A DNA stretch of 64,000 nucleotides from Terriglobia bacterium (GTDB lineage: Bacteria; Acidobacteriota; Terriglobia; 20CM-2-55-15), in the NCBI GenBank assembly GCA_965218585.1, contig CBDCLE010000003.1:96001-160000 (forward strand), read 5' to 3'. This document shows positions 10,358 through 21,152 of this stretch, one piece after another. The translations under genes and the position numbers were made by a program. Each line of letters opens with the position of its first letter. Positions within the stretch are counted from its first letter, which is position 1. The notes beneath the pieces were generated by a model. It saw nothing but the letters and a program-made list of their open reading frames with translations. It was not told the DNA's origin and did not search any database.

Positions 10358-11125
10358 GTGCAAACCACTCCGGATCGGGTCACATTCGAAGAATGGTTTT
10401 CGTTACTGTGGGAAAGGCACACGGCTGATCTGACCTTCCAGGAAATCCGAAAGGCCATTCAGGCCTTATCGCAAGGCTACGTCGAGACGAGGAGAAAGCG
10501 CATCTCGTCAGCGCTCGGAAGCGCAGGGAAGCGCGCTGGGTTTGCCGTCTTTTACGGACCGCTGCACTTCCTTTTGCTCCGCAGGATCTGCCAGGAACTC
10601 GAGGTCTCGCATCGCTCCTGCAATGAAATCATCGATCTGGGGTGCGGCACGGGTGTCGGTGGCGCAGCCTGGGCGATTGACGACTCCGGTGATCCCTCGA
10701 TCCTGGGAATCGATCGCAATTCCTGGGCCGCGGGGGAAGCCGAATGGACTTATCGTGCGCTGGGACTCCGAGGAAAAACCCGGACAGCGGACGTCAACCG
10801 AGTTCTCCTGCCCGGACCCGGTTCCGGCATTGTAGGGGCCTACACAGTCAATGAACTGAGTTCCGACGACAGAGACAAGCTCCTGAAAACTCTGATGGAA
10901 GCAGCATCGAGGGGTTCCAGCGTCCTGGTCGTCGAACCTATAGCCCGGCGATTGACTCCCTGGTGGAACGGTTGGGTTCCGTCATTCCTGGCTGCTGGAG
11001 GCCGATCCGACGACTGGCGCTTCGAGGTGACGTTGCCCGAGCGTCTGAAGCTCATGGACAAGGCCGCCGGACTCGATCACCGTGAGCTGACCGGCCGATC
11101 TCTCTGGCTGCCCGGATCCATTTAG
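10358..11125 (+). CDS. Class I SAM-dependent methyltransferase
   Basis: IIDLGCGTGVG motif I, ILGID motif II, VLVVEP. Confidence 0.85.
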   Translation: MQTTPDRVTFEEWFSLLWERHTADLTFQEIRKAIQALSQGYVETRRKRISSALGSAGKRAGFAVFYGPLHFLLLRRICQELEVSHRSCNEIIDLGCGTGVGGAAWAIDDSGDPSILGIDRNSWAAGEAEWTYRALGLRGKTRTADVNRVLLPGPGSGIVGAYTVNELSSDDRDKLLKTLMEAASRGSSVLVVEPIARRLTPWWNGWVPSFLAAGGRSDDWRFEVTLPERLKLMDKAAGLDHRELTGRSLWLPGSI

Positions 11126-11232
11126 AACGCTTACAGAAAACTCCGTGCACCCGTTGATTCGATTCGTTGATCTTTACTGTCCCATTGGATACCCTTGCCC
11201 TCTCTAAACACGACTTATTGGAGGGTGAACAG

Positions 11233-12813
11233 ATGAGATTCAGGTGGATTCTGACAGTAGTCGTCGGCATGACCCTACTCGCCGCATGTGCGTCGGAGCC
11301 GGCAGTTGGCCCCGAAGCCGGCCAGACCTTGCTCGACGAAGTCGCCGAATCAATAGGCGGATGGGACACTCTGTCGGCGATCGAACGGCAGGAATTCATT
11401 ACTCAAGGTAATGATTTCGACCCGCACCAAGCTCCCGAGCCAGGAGCAGTACTTCAGTTCAACGGTTTTGGGCAGACAACGATGATCGACTATGGAGGGC
11501 CCTCGATACGCATCGAGTTCGATGCGGAAAGGACGTATCCGGGCCCGGCTCCGGTGGTCTTCACCGAAGTCATCGATGGTGACACAGGCGCTCTGCTTGG
11601 AGTAGACGATGACGGTGAACTCTCAGCCAGCCGGATGCAGGGTAGCCGCGTGGCCGCGCGACTCCGAGACTATAACCGCCTTCCAAGACAGTTGCCTTTC
11701 GTTGCCCGTGGGGCTTCGGATCTGACCCGCGCTGAGGATCGAAATGTCGACGGCCAAACCTACGAGGTTCTGCAATACACGGACGGAAACAACCCGGTAG
11801 AGATCCTTGTCGATGGCTTCACAAAGCTTCCCGCCAGCGTCATCTATACGGAGACGGATCCGCTGATCGCCGATTACGAGAACGCGATCGTCTACCTCGA
11901 CTGGAGAGATACCCAGGTCTTCACTGACGCGGACGAACCCCTCGAGGCGCGGATGCCCTTCGGTCAGATAGTGACGCTGAACGGGGAAACCTTGCGTGAG
12001 GAAGCTTACAGAAACGTCATCAACAACGGCACTTTTACCGACGGTGCCTTCGACATTCCCCAAGACGTGCGTGATACAGACGAGCCCGGTGAACGCATCG
12101 TGTCGCAGTGGGTCCTACGGCGGGCTCATATGGGACTTGGAGGACAGGCCTGGGGAGACCCCGAACCCAACGTTACGGCCGACGAGGTTGCACCGGGTGT
12201 TTTACACATTCGCGGGGGGAGCCATCACAGCATGGCTGTTGAGATGGAAGATCATGTAATCGTAATCGAGGCGCCGTTGCTGGAGGAGCGCTCCGACGCG
12301 GTGATAAGCCTGATCGAGGAGGAATTCCCTGACAAGCCGATCCGCTACGTCGTAACAACTCATTTTCACGTTGACCATAGCGGTGGCATCCGGACCTACG
12401 CGTCGAAGAACGCCACCGTGGTCGTTCATGAAAGCATCGTTCCGTTTATCACGTCTGCGCTTGAAAGCCCCGGAAACATCCGGCCCGATATGCTCGCCCA
12501 ATCCGGAGTGACGCCAACGGTTGAAGGTGTCGCCGAGTCGATGGATCTGACCGACGGCAACCGCACCGTTCAGATCTGGAACGTTCCTAACGAACATGCG
12601 TTGGGTATGGTGATGGCCTATCTTCCGAACGAAAGGATCGCTTTTGTCAGCGACTTGTACTCTCCACCGGCGGCGCCACAAGAAGACAACGCCAACGCGC
12701 GAGCTTTTTATGACGCAGTGATCAACGCGGGACTGGAGGTTGATCAGGTCGTCGGAGGGCACGGGGGCCCGGCCGGATCGTTCCAGGTTCTGGCCAACGT
12801 CTTCGGTAACTGA
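11233..12813 (+). CDS. MBL-fold metallo-hydrolase lipoprotein
   Basis: Lipobox LAAC; THFHVDH zinc motif, distal EH, SD and GGHG; GAGG upstream. Confidence 0.85.
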   Translation: MRFRWILTVVVGMTLLAACASEPAVGPEAGQTLLDEVAESIGGWDTLSAIERQEFITQGNDFDPHQAPEPGAVLQFNGFGQTTMIDYGGPSIRIEFDAERTYPGPAPVVFTEVIDGDTGALLGVDDDGELSASRMQGSRVAARLRDYNRLPRQLPFVARGASDLTRAEDRNVDGQTYEVLQYTDGNNPVEILVDGFTKLPASVIYTETDPLIADYENAIVYLDWRDTQVFTDADEPLEARMPFGQIVTLNGETLREEAYRNVINNGTFTDGAFDIPQDVRDTDEPGERIVSQWVLRRAHMGLGGQAWGDPEPNVTADEVAPGVLHIRGGSHHSMAVEMEDHVIVIEAPLLEERSDAVISLIEEEFPDKPIRYVVTTHFHVDHSGGIRTYASKNATVVVHESIVPFITSALESPGNIRPDMLAQSGVTPTVEGVAESMDLTDGNRTVQIWNVPNEHALGMVMAYLPNERIAFVSDLYSPPAAPQEDNANARAFYDAVINAGLEVDQVVGGHGGPAGSFQVLANVFGN

Positions 12814-12840
12814 TTTTTATCGCCATAGGTTTAGACAGAA

Positions 12841-12869
12841 ACTAGAGGGCGCCTTCGGGCGTCCTTAGT
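12841..12869. terminator. GC-rich hairpin with UUCG tetraloop, probable terminator or processing stem
   Basis: ACTAGAGGGCGCC-TTCG-GGCGTCCTTAGT, just downstream of the MBL gene; weak U-tract. Confidence 0.55.
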
Positions 12870-12947
12870 CGCTCAATGGCTGGTGTTCGGCTACTGTCAG
12901 CTGGTAGCATAATTGGATACGTCGAGCAGCAGTGGAGGAATGACTCT

Positions 12948-13997
12948 ATGAACCGAGGAATCGCAAAGTCTGTCGTCGCAATAGCTGTGGCACTGCTCGT
13001 TCAGCCGATAGCGGAGGCCCAGTCCAACGAAGCGCTGGCGATTATCGACGGCCTGTCCTTCAGTGAAGCCGATGTACGGGCCACTGCCGCCGATGAGCTT
13101 GAGAGGCTCGAAACACGGCGATTGCAGTTTGAAGCCACCTCCAAGGCGGAAGAACATCAAGTCATCGAGGAGGCACTCAACGGAATGATCGCGGATCGAC
13201 TTCTGACAAGGGAAGCCACAGATCGTGGCCTTTCGGTCGAAGACCTTCTTGCGACGGAAGTTACAGCAAACATACCGCTCCCGGCCGAAGAAGAAGTACA
13301 GAACGTCTACAACCTCAATCGTGAGCAACTGTCCGGAGTCCCCTTTGAAGTGGGCATGGGGCAGGTCCGGGATTTCCTCCGTCAGCGAGGCTATGATCAA
13401 ACCCTTGAGAATTACGTCCGAGACCTGCGCGAGCAGTATGGTGTCCAGTCTTTTCTGGGTCCGTATCGAGTCGACGTTGAAACGGAAGGCCACCCCGGGG
13501 TCGGGTCCTTCGATGCTCCCATCACAATCGTAGAGTTTTCAGACTTTGAGTGCCCGTTCTGCCGGCAGACCGAACCAGTCCTCAAACAGATCCAGGAAGA
13601 ATATGGCGATCAGGTAAGGTTCGTTTACAGGCAGTTTCCCCTCAACGATATCCATCCACGAGCCCAGAAGGCCGCCGAGGCATCCTTGTGCGCGGATGAG
13701 CAAGGGCAGTTCTGGAATATGCATGATGCCTTGTTCCTTGAACCGGTCGAACTGGAAGTGGCGAGCCTCAAGGCCAAAGCCGTTGGAGTCGGCTTGGATG
13801 CAGAAGCTTTCAATGAATGTCTCGACTCGGCCAGGTATGCGGTCCGCGTCGATGACGACGTCAGGGACGGTGTGCGGGCGGGCGTGACCGGCACCCCGAT
13901 GGTTTTTATCAACGGTCGTCCGGTTTCGGGCGCGCAGCCGTTTGAGTCCTACGTCGCGATTATCGATGACGAACTGGAACTCGACTCCCAAGAATAG
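12948..13997 (+). CDS. DsbA-family thioredoxin-domain protein with SurA-like N-terminal region
   Basis: Signal peptide; EFSDFECPFC active site; GVTGTP cis-Pro loop; GGAGG upstream. Confidence 0.88.
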   Translation: MNRGIAKSVVAIAVALLVQPIAEAQSNEALAIIDGLSFSEADVRATAADELERLETRRLQFEATSKAEEHQVIEEALNGMIADRLLTREATDRGLSVEDLLATEVTANIPLPAEEEVQNVYNLNREQLSGVPFEVGMGQVRDFLRQRGYDQTLENYVRDLREQYGVQSFLGPYRVDVETEGHPGVGSFDAPITIVEFSDFECPFCRQTEPVLKQIQEEYGDQVRFVYRQFPLNDIHPRAQKAAEASLCADEQGQFWNMHDALFLEPVELEVASLKAKAVGVGLDAEAFNECLDSARYAVRVDDDVRDGVRAGVTGTPMVFINGRPVSGAQPFESYVAIIDDELELDSQE

Positions 13998-14051
13998 CGA
14001 CAGCGGCAGAGGAAGGTGACCGCGTCTTCCTCCAATCCTTTCTACGGAACC

Positions 14052-14633
14052 TCAGATCTCGCTCTCTTCGATCCATCGGTCCACCTCGGGACCCCGATAG
14101 TTTTCCAATCGGTCGAGCAGCTCCCCTCCGTTTCCAGCCACGGTCATCATGTCCCGATTCTTCTGTGCTATGAAGTTTTCCCCAACGGCATGGTCAAGGA
14201 ATTCAAGGAGACGATCGTAGTAGCCTTCGACGTTGAGCAGACCGCAGGGCTTTCGGTGTATACCCAACTGAGCCCAGGTCCAGATCTCAAGTAGTTCTTC
14301 GAGCGTGCCCAACCCTCCTGGCAACGCTATGAACGCGTCGGCAAGGTGCGCCATCTGAGCCTTCCGATCGTGCATGGAACCGACCACGCGGAGTTCGGAC
14401 AGGCCCGAGTGCGCCACCTCGCGGTCCACCAGGGGTCGTGGAATGACTCCGATGACGTGCCCTCCGCCCTCCAGCACGGTGTCAGCCAGCAAACCCATCA
14501 AGCCAACCGCGCCGCCGCCGTAAACCAGACCGAGGTCTCTCGAGATAAGGACAGCTCCCAGCGCGCGGGCAGCGTCCCCGTACTCGGAAAGCACACCCGG
14601 GCTCGACCCTGCGAATACACAGACCCGCTTCAC
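14052..14633 (-). CDS. LOG-family nucleotide phosphoribohydrolase (TIGR00730-like)
   Basis: LVYGGG..GLMG, MHDRK and PGGLGTLEE motifs. Confidence 0.92.
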   Translation of the reverse strand: MKRVCVFAGSSPGVLSEYGDAARALGAVLISRDLGLVYGGGAVGLMGLLADTVLEGGGHVIGVIPRPLVDREVAHSGLSELRVVGSMHDRKAQMAHLADAFIALPGGLGTLEELLEIWTWAQLGIHRKPCGLLNVEGYYDRLLEFLDHAVGENFIAQKNRDMMTVAGNGGELLDRLENYRGPEVDRWIEESEI

Positions 14634-15022
14634 TACGAGCGACCCAGTCCGTAGCCTATCCAGACGGCAAGCAATCCCGCTACGACGTGCAGGACGACAT
14701 TGAGTACGGCGCGGGAGGCATCGGCCTCTCTCACCAGCGCAAGAGTTTCATAGCCAAACGCTGAGAAAGTCGTAAAACCACCCAGGATTCCTATGAAGAG
14801 AAACAAACGAAGCTCGGTTCCGATCAGCTGCCGTGAGTCCCCCAATCCCCCGAGAACGCCAATGACGAAGCAGCCAACGACGTTGACCAATAGCGTCCCG
14901 TAGGGAAGGGTTGGGGATGGGAAAAGCCTATACGCAAGCCCACCGGCGCCGAACCGGGCGATGGACCCGAGAAACCCGCCAGCGCCGACCAGAAGCGAAT
15001 GCCACAACCAATTCGTGCTCAA
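14633..15022 (-). CDS. crcB: Fluoride efflux channel Fluc/CrcB
   Basis: GG.LGSIARF, PYGTLLVN and GILGGFTTFSAF signature; four TM segments. Confidence 0.95.
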   Translation of the reverse strand: MSTNWLWHSLLVGAGGFLGSIARFGAGGLAYRLFPSPTLPYGTLLVNVVGCFVIGVLGGLGDSRQLIGTELRLFLFIGILGGFTTFSAFGYETLALVREADASRAVLNVVLHVVAGLLAVWIGYGLGRS

Positions 15023-15051
15023 TCAATCCACCCTGTCTAGATGATTCGCTT

Positions 15052-15417
15052 CTATTCCGAATCCCGATGAACCGTGTCGGGCGAAAACGCGGGCAAACAA
15101 ACAGCTATGTACCGGGCGCCACCCGTTTCCGGACTGCTGTAACGGACCCATTCCCCGGGGCGCGCGACAACGGCCTGGCCGGCCCTCACATCGAGTTGTC
15201 CGCCTTCAAACTCAACCCGCAGCATGCCCTCGAGGACGAGAGTTATTTCTTCGAACTCCGGCTTCTGTCCGGGCTCGACCCATCCTTCGGGGGAAACCAT
15301 GCGCGCCACACTGGCTCCTTCGTGCCCTGAATTGACACGGCCGGCATACTCCTCGATGCGCTTGGGCTTGTTCCCTGCAGCATGAATAATTGTCGGTTTC
15401 TCTATCAGCTCCGGCAT
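15052..15417 (-). CDS. Cupin-domain protein (EutQ-like)
   Basis: GWVEPGQKPEFEE..VLEG.L.V and GQAV...GEWVRY cupin motifs. Confidence 0.8.
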   Translation of the reverse strand: MPELIEKPTIIHAAGNKPKRIEEYAGRVNSGHEGASVARMVSPEGWVEPGQKPEFEEITLVLEGMLRVEFEGGQLDVRAGQAVVARPGEWVRYSSPETGGARYIAVCLPAFSPDTVHRDSE

Positions 15418-15429
15418 TCGCCCGAATCC

Positions 15430-16236
15430 TCAAAAAGGTTTGTCTCCGTCAAGGACACGTCCGATTCCACCCAGGACCGATCCTTCACCCACGGACCGTC
15501 CGCCCCGTGAGGGCACTGCCGAAACAATACGGTTGGCTAGTCGGCTTAAAGGCAGCGACTGCAGCCAAACGTGTCCCGGCCCCTTCAGCGTCGCAAAGAA
15601 CAGGCCTTCGCCGCCGAACAGGGCGGACTTGATTCCTCCGACAAGCTGAATGTCGTAATTTACTGTTGCCTGGAATCCCACGATGCACCCTGTGTCGACT
15701 CGAAGTGTTTCACCCGCCGCCAGCTGCCTTTCGTAGAGCGTCCCCCCTGCGTGAACAAAGGTCCATCCATCGTCGTCCAGCCGTTGCATGATAAACCCCT
15801 CGCCACCGAACAAGCCGGCGCCGAGCTTTCGCTGAAACGCTATGCCGATGGAAACCCCCTTTGCCGCCGCCAGGAAGGAATCCTTCTGCGTTATGAGCTG
15901 GCCACCGATCTTGGCCAGATGGATCGGGATGATCTTGCCTGGATAAGGAGCTCCGAAAGCCACCCTCTTCTTTCCACCACCGCCATTCATGAAGACGGTC
16001 ATAAACAGAGATTCCCCAGTCAGAAGCCGTTTACCGGCCCCGACCAGCGAACCCAGAACACCACCGCCGTCGGATGGAGACCCGTCGCCGAATACGGTTT
16101 CCATCTCGATCCCGTCGTCCATGTACATCATGCCTCCGGCCTCGGCAACCGTCGCCTCCCCAGGATCGAGCTCCACCTCGACAAACTGCATATCGTCTCC
16201 GTAAATCTTGTAGTCGACCTCGTGCATCGTAGCCAT
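15430..16236 (-). CDS. TIGR00266/AIM24-family protein
   Basis: AEAGGMM, GESLF, FGGEGF and LFGGEGLF..GPG.VWLQSLP repeats; SD AGGAGG. Confidence 0.9.
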   Translation of the reverse strand: MATMHEVDYKIYGDDMQFVEVELDPGEATVAEAGGMMYMDDGIEMETVFGDGSPSDGGGVLGSLVGAGKRLLTGESLFMTVFMNGGGGKKRVAFGAPYPGKIIPIHLAKIGGQLITQKDSFLAAAKGVSIGIAFQRKLGAGLFGGEGFIMQRLDDDGWTFVHAGGTLYERQLAAGETLRVDTGCIVGFQATVNYDIQLVGGIKSALFGGEGLFFATLKGPGHVWLQSLPLSRLANRIVSAVPSRGGRSVGEGSVLGGIGRVLDGDKPF

Positions 16237-16277
16237 GGTTCCTCCTTTCCTCGGAACAATATACGGAATACTGTCCG

Positions 16278-17219
16278 CTAAACGTTCCCTGTCAGTGCCC
16301 GGACATGAGCATGTACCGCACCACCCAGGTTGTCGAGGTTGTATCCACCTTCCAACATGGCGATGAGACGATTCGAACAGTGACGTTCCGCTATGCCCAT
16401 CAATTCCTTCGTCATCTCCGCAAAATCGGCATCTTCAAGCATCAGTTGCCCCAGGGGATCTTCGATCCGCGAGTCAAAGCCAGCCGAAATGATGATCAGG
16501 TCGGGCTGAAACTGAGCTTCGATACGACCCAGGGCCCCACTGAAAGCTTCTCGGTGATCCGACGCGGCAGTCCCGGATCGCAGAGGCACGTTGAGCGTTG
16601 CGCCCCGTCCAGCGCCGCTCCCCACCTCTGTCCCCGCTCCCGTTCCTGGATAGAACGGATATTGGTGCGTCGAAAAATAGAAAACGTCAGGATCGTCATA
16701 GAATATTTCCTGCGTGCCGTTGCCATGGTGCACGTCCCAATCCACGACGAGGATCCGCTCCAAGCCATAGCGTGCCTGAGCATACCGGGCAGCAATCGCA
16801 GCGTTGTTGAACAGGCAGAACCCCATGGCGAACTCGGGCCTGGCATGATGCCCAGGCGGACGAACGGCAGCAAACACGTTGTCCGCTTCTCCGGTAACGA
16901 CCTGATCGACACCGCGGAGTCCTGCCCCGACCGCCAGTCGCGCCACGTCAAAAGACGCTGGGCTGATAACGGTGTCGGGATCGAGCCGATCATGACCTTC
17001 ACTGCTGGCCTCTCGAACAAGTTCGAACAACGCTGAGGAATGGCACCGCGTAATGTCCTGTTCTGAAGCCTGAACGGGCTGGACGTGTCGGAGCTGGGAC
17101 CACAACTCCCGGTCACCCTCCAGGCTGGCCTGGATAGCCTCCAGCCGCCGGGAAGTTTCCGGATGGTATCCGGTGTCGTGTTCCAGAAAACGCGGATCGT
17201 AAATGAGAGCAGTGGCCAT
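16278..17219 (-). CDS. Histone deacetylase-family protein
   Basis: HPE, RPPGHHA, GFCLFNN, DWDVHHGNGT, SAGFD and LEGGY motifs. Confidence 0.93.
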   Translation of the reverse strand: MATALIYDPRFLEHDTGYHPETSRRLEAIQASLEGDRELWSQLRHVQPVQASEQDITRCHSSALFELVREASSEGHDRLDPDTVISPASFDVARLAVGAGLRGVDQVVTGEADNVFAAVRPPGHHARPEFAMGFCLFNNAAIAARYAQARYGLERILVVDWDVHHGNGTQEIFYDDPDVFYFSTHQYPFYPGTGAGTEVGSGAGRGATLNVPLRSGTAASDHREAFSGALGRIEAQFQPDLIIISAGFDSRIEDPLGQLMLEDADFAEMTKELMGIAERHCSNRLIAMLEGGYNLDNLGGAVHAHVRALTGNV

Positions 17220-17232
17220 GGTCCGCAGAAGA

Positions 17233-17799
17233 CTAAACAGCAGGTTGGGTACCCGACAACAGGTCTGTTGCAGTAAAAATCGGATAGAAAGGATAACGGG
17301 AACGGATCGCCTCAGTTCCACCCTCTTCTCGGTCCACTACAACCATCGTCGCGGCGACCTTATACCCCTCGGCTTCTACCTTCTCACAGGCTTCAAGGAT
17401 GGATCCGCCGCTGGTACATACGTCGTCGACGATGATGACAGGCGAACCTGGTGATCCCGACCATCCTTCTATCTGTCGCTTGGCCCCATGCTTCTTTGCT
17501 TCCTTACGGACGATAAAAGCGGGAAGGGGCGTTTTCTCAACTTCGCTGACAACCGCAACGGCTGCTGCAATCGGGTCGGCTCCGAGAGTCAGACCCCCGA
17601 TCGCTTCGGCTTTGATTCCGTTCTCGCGAATTGCACGGAGCATCAGCCGGGCCGTGAGCAATGCTCCGCGGGGATTGAGCGTCGTGGTCCGGCAGTCCAG
17701 GTAGTAGGAGGATTTCTTTCCCGAGGTGAGCACGAACTCACCCAATCGGAGCGATTGTTCGCGGATTACCTCAAGCAGACCCTGTCGATCCTGATCCAT
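17233..17799 (-). CDS. pyrE: Orotate phosphoribosyltransferase
   Basis: FVLTSGKKSSYYLD, VRKEAKKHG and PRPP motif IIVDDVCTSGGS. Confidence 0.93.
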   Translation of the reverse strand: MDQDRQGLLEVIREQSLRLGEFVLTSGKKSSYYLDCRTTTLNPRGALLTARLMLRAIRENGIKAEAIGGLTLGADPIAAAVAVVSEVEKTPLPAFIVRKEAKKHGAKRQIEGWSGSPGSPVIIVDDVCTSGGSILEACEKVEAEGYKVAATMVVVDREEGGTEAIRSRYPFYPIFTATDLLSGTQPAV

Positions 17800-17890
17800 G
17801 CGGCGAGAGTATATCACCCAGTAATGACTGTTCTTATGGCCTCAAGGTTTGTGCGCCGACGGAGAGTGGGCCGGTAAAGAAAGGCGTGGT

Positions 17891-18565
17891 CTATTCAGCG
17901 TAGAGAGCTCGGAGTGCCTCGGTATCGCTCTCTGAGAGCCCGGAATGGAACCTGATGTCGCTTCTCGATTCCAGTTGCCTGCGGTAGCGCATAAAATACT
18001 CGGTCAAGTTCCCTCCGAACCCAAAAGAGTACATGATATCGGCGAACTGGTCGGTGTGGCCCAGCCCGACGGCATGCCCCAGCTCGTGAACACAGGTCAG
18101 ATAGACGATCGTGTCGCGGAGAAGCTCGTCCTTTTCGGCCCGGGCTCCAAGTTCCCGGCTCAGTTGCAAGACGCCAGGCATTACATAGACGAAAGCACCC
18201 GGCTTACCGTTGACCCGAATGTGTTGAGTTTCACCGAAGAGTCCCTGGTCGGCCGTCACCCAGATGAGTCGGACGAGTGTCCCGTTCTCGGTATCTGATT
18301 CCACGAAGTTCAGCCGGCCGCCGCTTTCACGCGACCAGGCGCCAAAAGCCTCCCGGGCAAGGTCCCGATCTGCAGGCTCATAACCGGGAATATCACTGCC
18401 ATCGGCAATGAAGTAGGGAATCGGTTCACTCGCATCCAAGGGGTCGTACCCCTGGAATAACACTTGACGCCCTAGGCCGCTCCCTGTCAGAACGAGCCCC
18501 GCCCCGAGGGCGGCCGCCACGCCTAAGACGATTGCTCCAAACAGGTTTCCCGTCACATGGCCCAT
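17891..18565 (-). CDS. Matrixin (M10-like) zinc metalloprotease, membrane-anchored or secreted
   Basis: HELGHAVGLGH and Met-turn DIMY; N-terminal hydrophobic segment; start uncertain. Confidence 0.8.
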   Translation of the reverse strand: MGHVTGNLFGAIVLGVAAALGAGLVLTGSGLGRQVLFQGYDPLDASEPIPYFIADGSDIPGYEPADRDLAREAFGAWSRESGGRLNFVESDTENGTLVRLIWVTADQGLFGETQHIRVNGKPGAFVYVMPGVLQLSRELGARAEKDELLRDTIVYLTCVHELGHAVGLGHTDQFADIMYSFGFGGNLTEYFMRYRRQLESRSDIRFHSGLSESDTEALRALYAE

Positions 18566-18808
18566 ATCGGCGAAAGTATACCACCCACCCAGTTGGAGAA
18601 ATAGAACGACCGGGCCGCCCCAGAAGTGAGTATTTTTCAATAAAGCGCCGCGCTGGAAGATCCTCTGGTGAAATCAAGCTGACAGTTATGGTACAAAAGA
18701 GTTTAGCTTTCTGAACGTCCCGGTCTTAAGCATGTCCGACACGCCAACCTGTGACTACTGCGGCACGCCCAAGGCCATCCTTCAACCCCAAACAACGGAC
18801 AAAAATGC

Positions 18809-20365
18809 ATGAGTGATTCAGTTCTTCTGCGTCGAGTGCGCAATATCTATCGTAATCTGCCGACCGCGGCCAACTATGAACACATCATTCGTCGGGGTGA
18901 AGCCCGAGTGGCACACCGGGGCCCTATTGTGGCTCATACCGGAGCCCGGACTGGCCGTTCTCCAAAAGACAAATTCATCACGATGGAACCCTCATGCGCA
19001 GACAAGGTCTGGTGGGGCGAAGTCAATCAGCCGTTCTTGACAGAGCGTTTTGACACCTTGCTTCACAGGGTCGAAGGATATCTCCAGGGCAGGGACGTCT
19101 ACGTTCAGGATTGTTATGTGGGAGCCGATCCCGACTACCGCATGCCGATCGAGGTGATTACAGAAGAGGCCTGGCAGGGCCAGTTTGCGCGGAATCTCTT
19201 CCCGAAGCGAACATCGGGAGAGCCCGCCGAGTTCACCATTATCAGCCTGCCTAACTTCCATGCGATACCCGACTTCGACGGAACGAGTTCGGAAGCATTC
19301 GTTCTCATGAACTTTGCCAAGAAGATGGTCCTGATCGCGGGAACAGCTTATGCCGGCGAGATCAAGAAGTCTGCTTTCACGATCATGAACTATCTGATGC
19401 CATCAAAGAACGTGTTTCCCATGCATTGCTCGGCAAATATCGGCAAGAACGGAGAGACGGCGATTCTGTTCGGTCTTTCCGGAACGGGCAAAACGACACT
19501 GTCCGCAGACCCGGAGCGGCAGTTGATCGGAGACGACGAGCACGGGTGGAGTGACAACGGCCTGTTCAATTTCGAAAGCGGTTGCTACGCCAAGGTGATC
19601 CGGCTTTCCCGCGACGCGGAACCCGATATCTACCGCGCTACGGAACGCTTCGGAACTGTTCTGGAGAACGTCGTCCTCGACGAAGATACGCGGACCCTGG
19701 ACCTGGATGATGACTCGATTACGGAAAATACGCGAGCGGCGTACCCCCTTACCTATATCAGGAACAGCGAACCGAGTGGTTTAGGCGGGCACCCAAAGAA
19801 CATCATCATGCTGACGGCGGATGCTTTCGGAGTTCTTCCTCCGATTGCGCGCCTGACACCTGAGCAGGCTATGTATCACTTCATTTCCGGATACACCGCC
19901 AAGGTTGCCGGAACCGAAGCTGGAATGGGGAAGGACCCGCAGGCAACGTTCAGCACCTGTTTCGGCGCGCCGTTCATGGTGTTGCATCCGACTGTTTATG
20001 CAAACTTGCTGCAGGATCGGATGGAAGAACACAAGTCTGACTGTTGGCTCATCAACACCGGTTGGACCGGCGGCCCTTATGGCGTGGGTAGCCGCATGAA
20101 GATAGCCCACACGCGCGCGATGGTCAGTGCCGCTCTCGATGGAACTCTGAAAGACGTTCCAACCGAGACAGATCCGATCTTCAATCTCCAGATTCTGACA
20201 TCCTGTCCGGGGGTTCCCGAAGAAGTCCTGAATCCCCGAAATACCTGGGACGACCCGGAGGCCTATGATGCCAAGGCCCGGGATCTGGCGAATCGATTCA
20301 AAGAGAACTTCCGGATATTCGCAGACGACATGGCTGAAGAGGTCGTGGCAGCCGGTCCGCAGTAG
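18809..20365 (+). CDS. pckA: Phosphoenolpyruvate carboxykinase (ATP)
   Basis: TGRSPKDK, YAGEIKK, GLSGTGKTTLS, IGDDEHGW and ENTRAAYP motifs. Confidence 0.97.
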   Translation: MSDSVLLRRVRNIYRNLPTAANYEHIIRRGEARVAHRGPIVAHTGARTGRSPKDKFITMEPSCADKVWWGEVNQPFLTERFDTLLHRVEGYLQGRDVYVQDCYVGADPDYRMPIEVITEEAWQGQFARNLFPKRTSGEPAEFTIISLPNFHAIPDFDGTSSEAFVLMNFAKKMVLIAGTAYAGEIKKSAFTIMNYLMPSKNVFPMHCSANIGKNGETAILFGLSGTGKTTLSADPERQLIGDDEHGWSDNGLFNFESGCYAKVIRLSRDAEPDIYRATERFGTVLENVVLDEDTRTLDLDDDSITENTRAAYPLTYIRNSEPSGLGGHPKNIIMLTADAFGVLPPIARLTPEQAMYHFISGYTAKVAGTEAGMGKDPQATFSTCFGAPFMVLHPTVYANLLQDRMEEHKSDCWLINTGWTGGPYGVGSRMKIAHTRAMVSAALDGTLKDVPTETDPIFNLQILTSCPGVPEEVLNPRNTWDDPEAYDAKARDLANRFKENFRIFADDMAEEVVAAGPQ

Positions 20366-20381
20366 AGTAGACGGCTAGCGC

Positions 20382-21146
20382 ATGCTCGAAGGTAAGACTG
20401 GCCTGATCATGGGCGTCGCCAACAAGCGGAGCATCGCTTGGGGTGTCGCCCAAGCTGCAGAACAGGCCGGAGCCCGGCTGGTTTTGACCTATCAGAATGA
20501 GCGGTTGGGCGAAAACGTCCGGAAACTCGCTCCTGAACTGAACGATCCCCTCCTCTTGCCCTGCGATGTCGGAATCGACGATGAGATTGATCGCCTCATG
20601 GAGAGCATCCAAAAGGACGTCGGGGGACTGGACTTTCTCGTCCACGCTCTCGCTTTCGCTCCCCGGGAGGCTCTGACCGGGTCGTTCCTGAACACCTCGC
20701 GAGAAGCTTTCGGAATCGCCCTGGACGTCAGCGCTTATTCTCTGGTGGCGCTGGCTCGCCGGGCAGCTCTTTTGATGAAAGACCGTAGCGGCTCCATCAT
20801 GACGATCACATATCTGGGCAGTGAGCGCGTGGTCCCGGGCTACAACGTCATGGGAGTCGCCAAGGCTGCACTGGAAGCTTCAGTCCGCTACCTGGCGAAC
20901 GATCTTGGGCCGGAGGGTATTCGGGTCAATGCGATCTCGGCCGGACCGATCCGAACACTGGCGTCCTCGGCTGTCTCCGGCATTTCCGGCATGGTCAAAA
21001 TGCACACCGAAAAGGCCCCTCTCCGGCGGCCCACCGAAACGAGTGAAGTCGGAGACACAGCTGTTTTTCTGGCGAGCTCGATGTCCCGTGGAACAACAGG
21101 TGAGGTCATCTACGTCGATGGCGGGTACAACGTTCTCGGTGCGTGA
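20382..21146 (+). CDS. fabI: Enoyl-ACP reductase
   Basis: GVANKRSIAWG, YNVMGVAKAALE and ISAGPIRTLA motifs. Confidence 0.96.
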   Translation: MLEGKTGLIMGVANKRSIAWGVAQAAEQAGARLVLTYQNERLGENVRKLAPELNDPLLLPCDVGIDDEIDRLMESIQKDVGGLDFLVHALAFAPREALTGSFLNTSREAFGIALDVSAYSLVALARRAALLMKDRSGSIMTITYLGSERVVPGYNVMGVAKAALEASVRYLANDLGPEGIRVNAISAGPIRTLASSAVSGISGMVKMHTEKAPLRRPTETSEVGDTAVFLASSMSRGTTGEVIYVDGGYNVLGA

Positions 21147-21152
21147 TGGAAC

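Noticed and set aside
15022-15052. Fluoride riboswitch upstream of crcB
   Set aside because: Only ~30 nt of intergenic space and no recognisable aptamer
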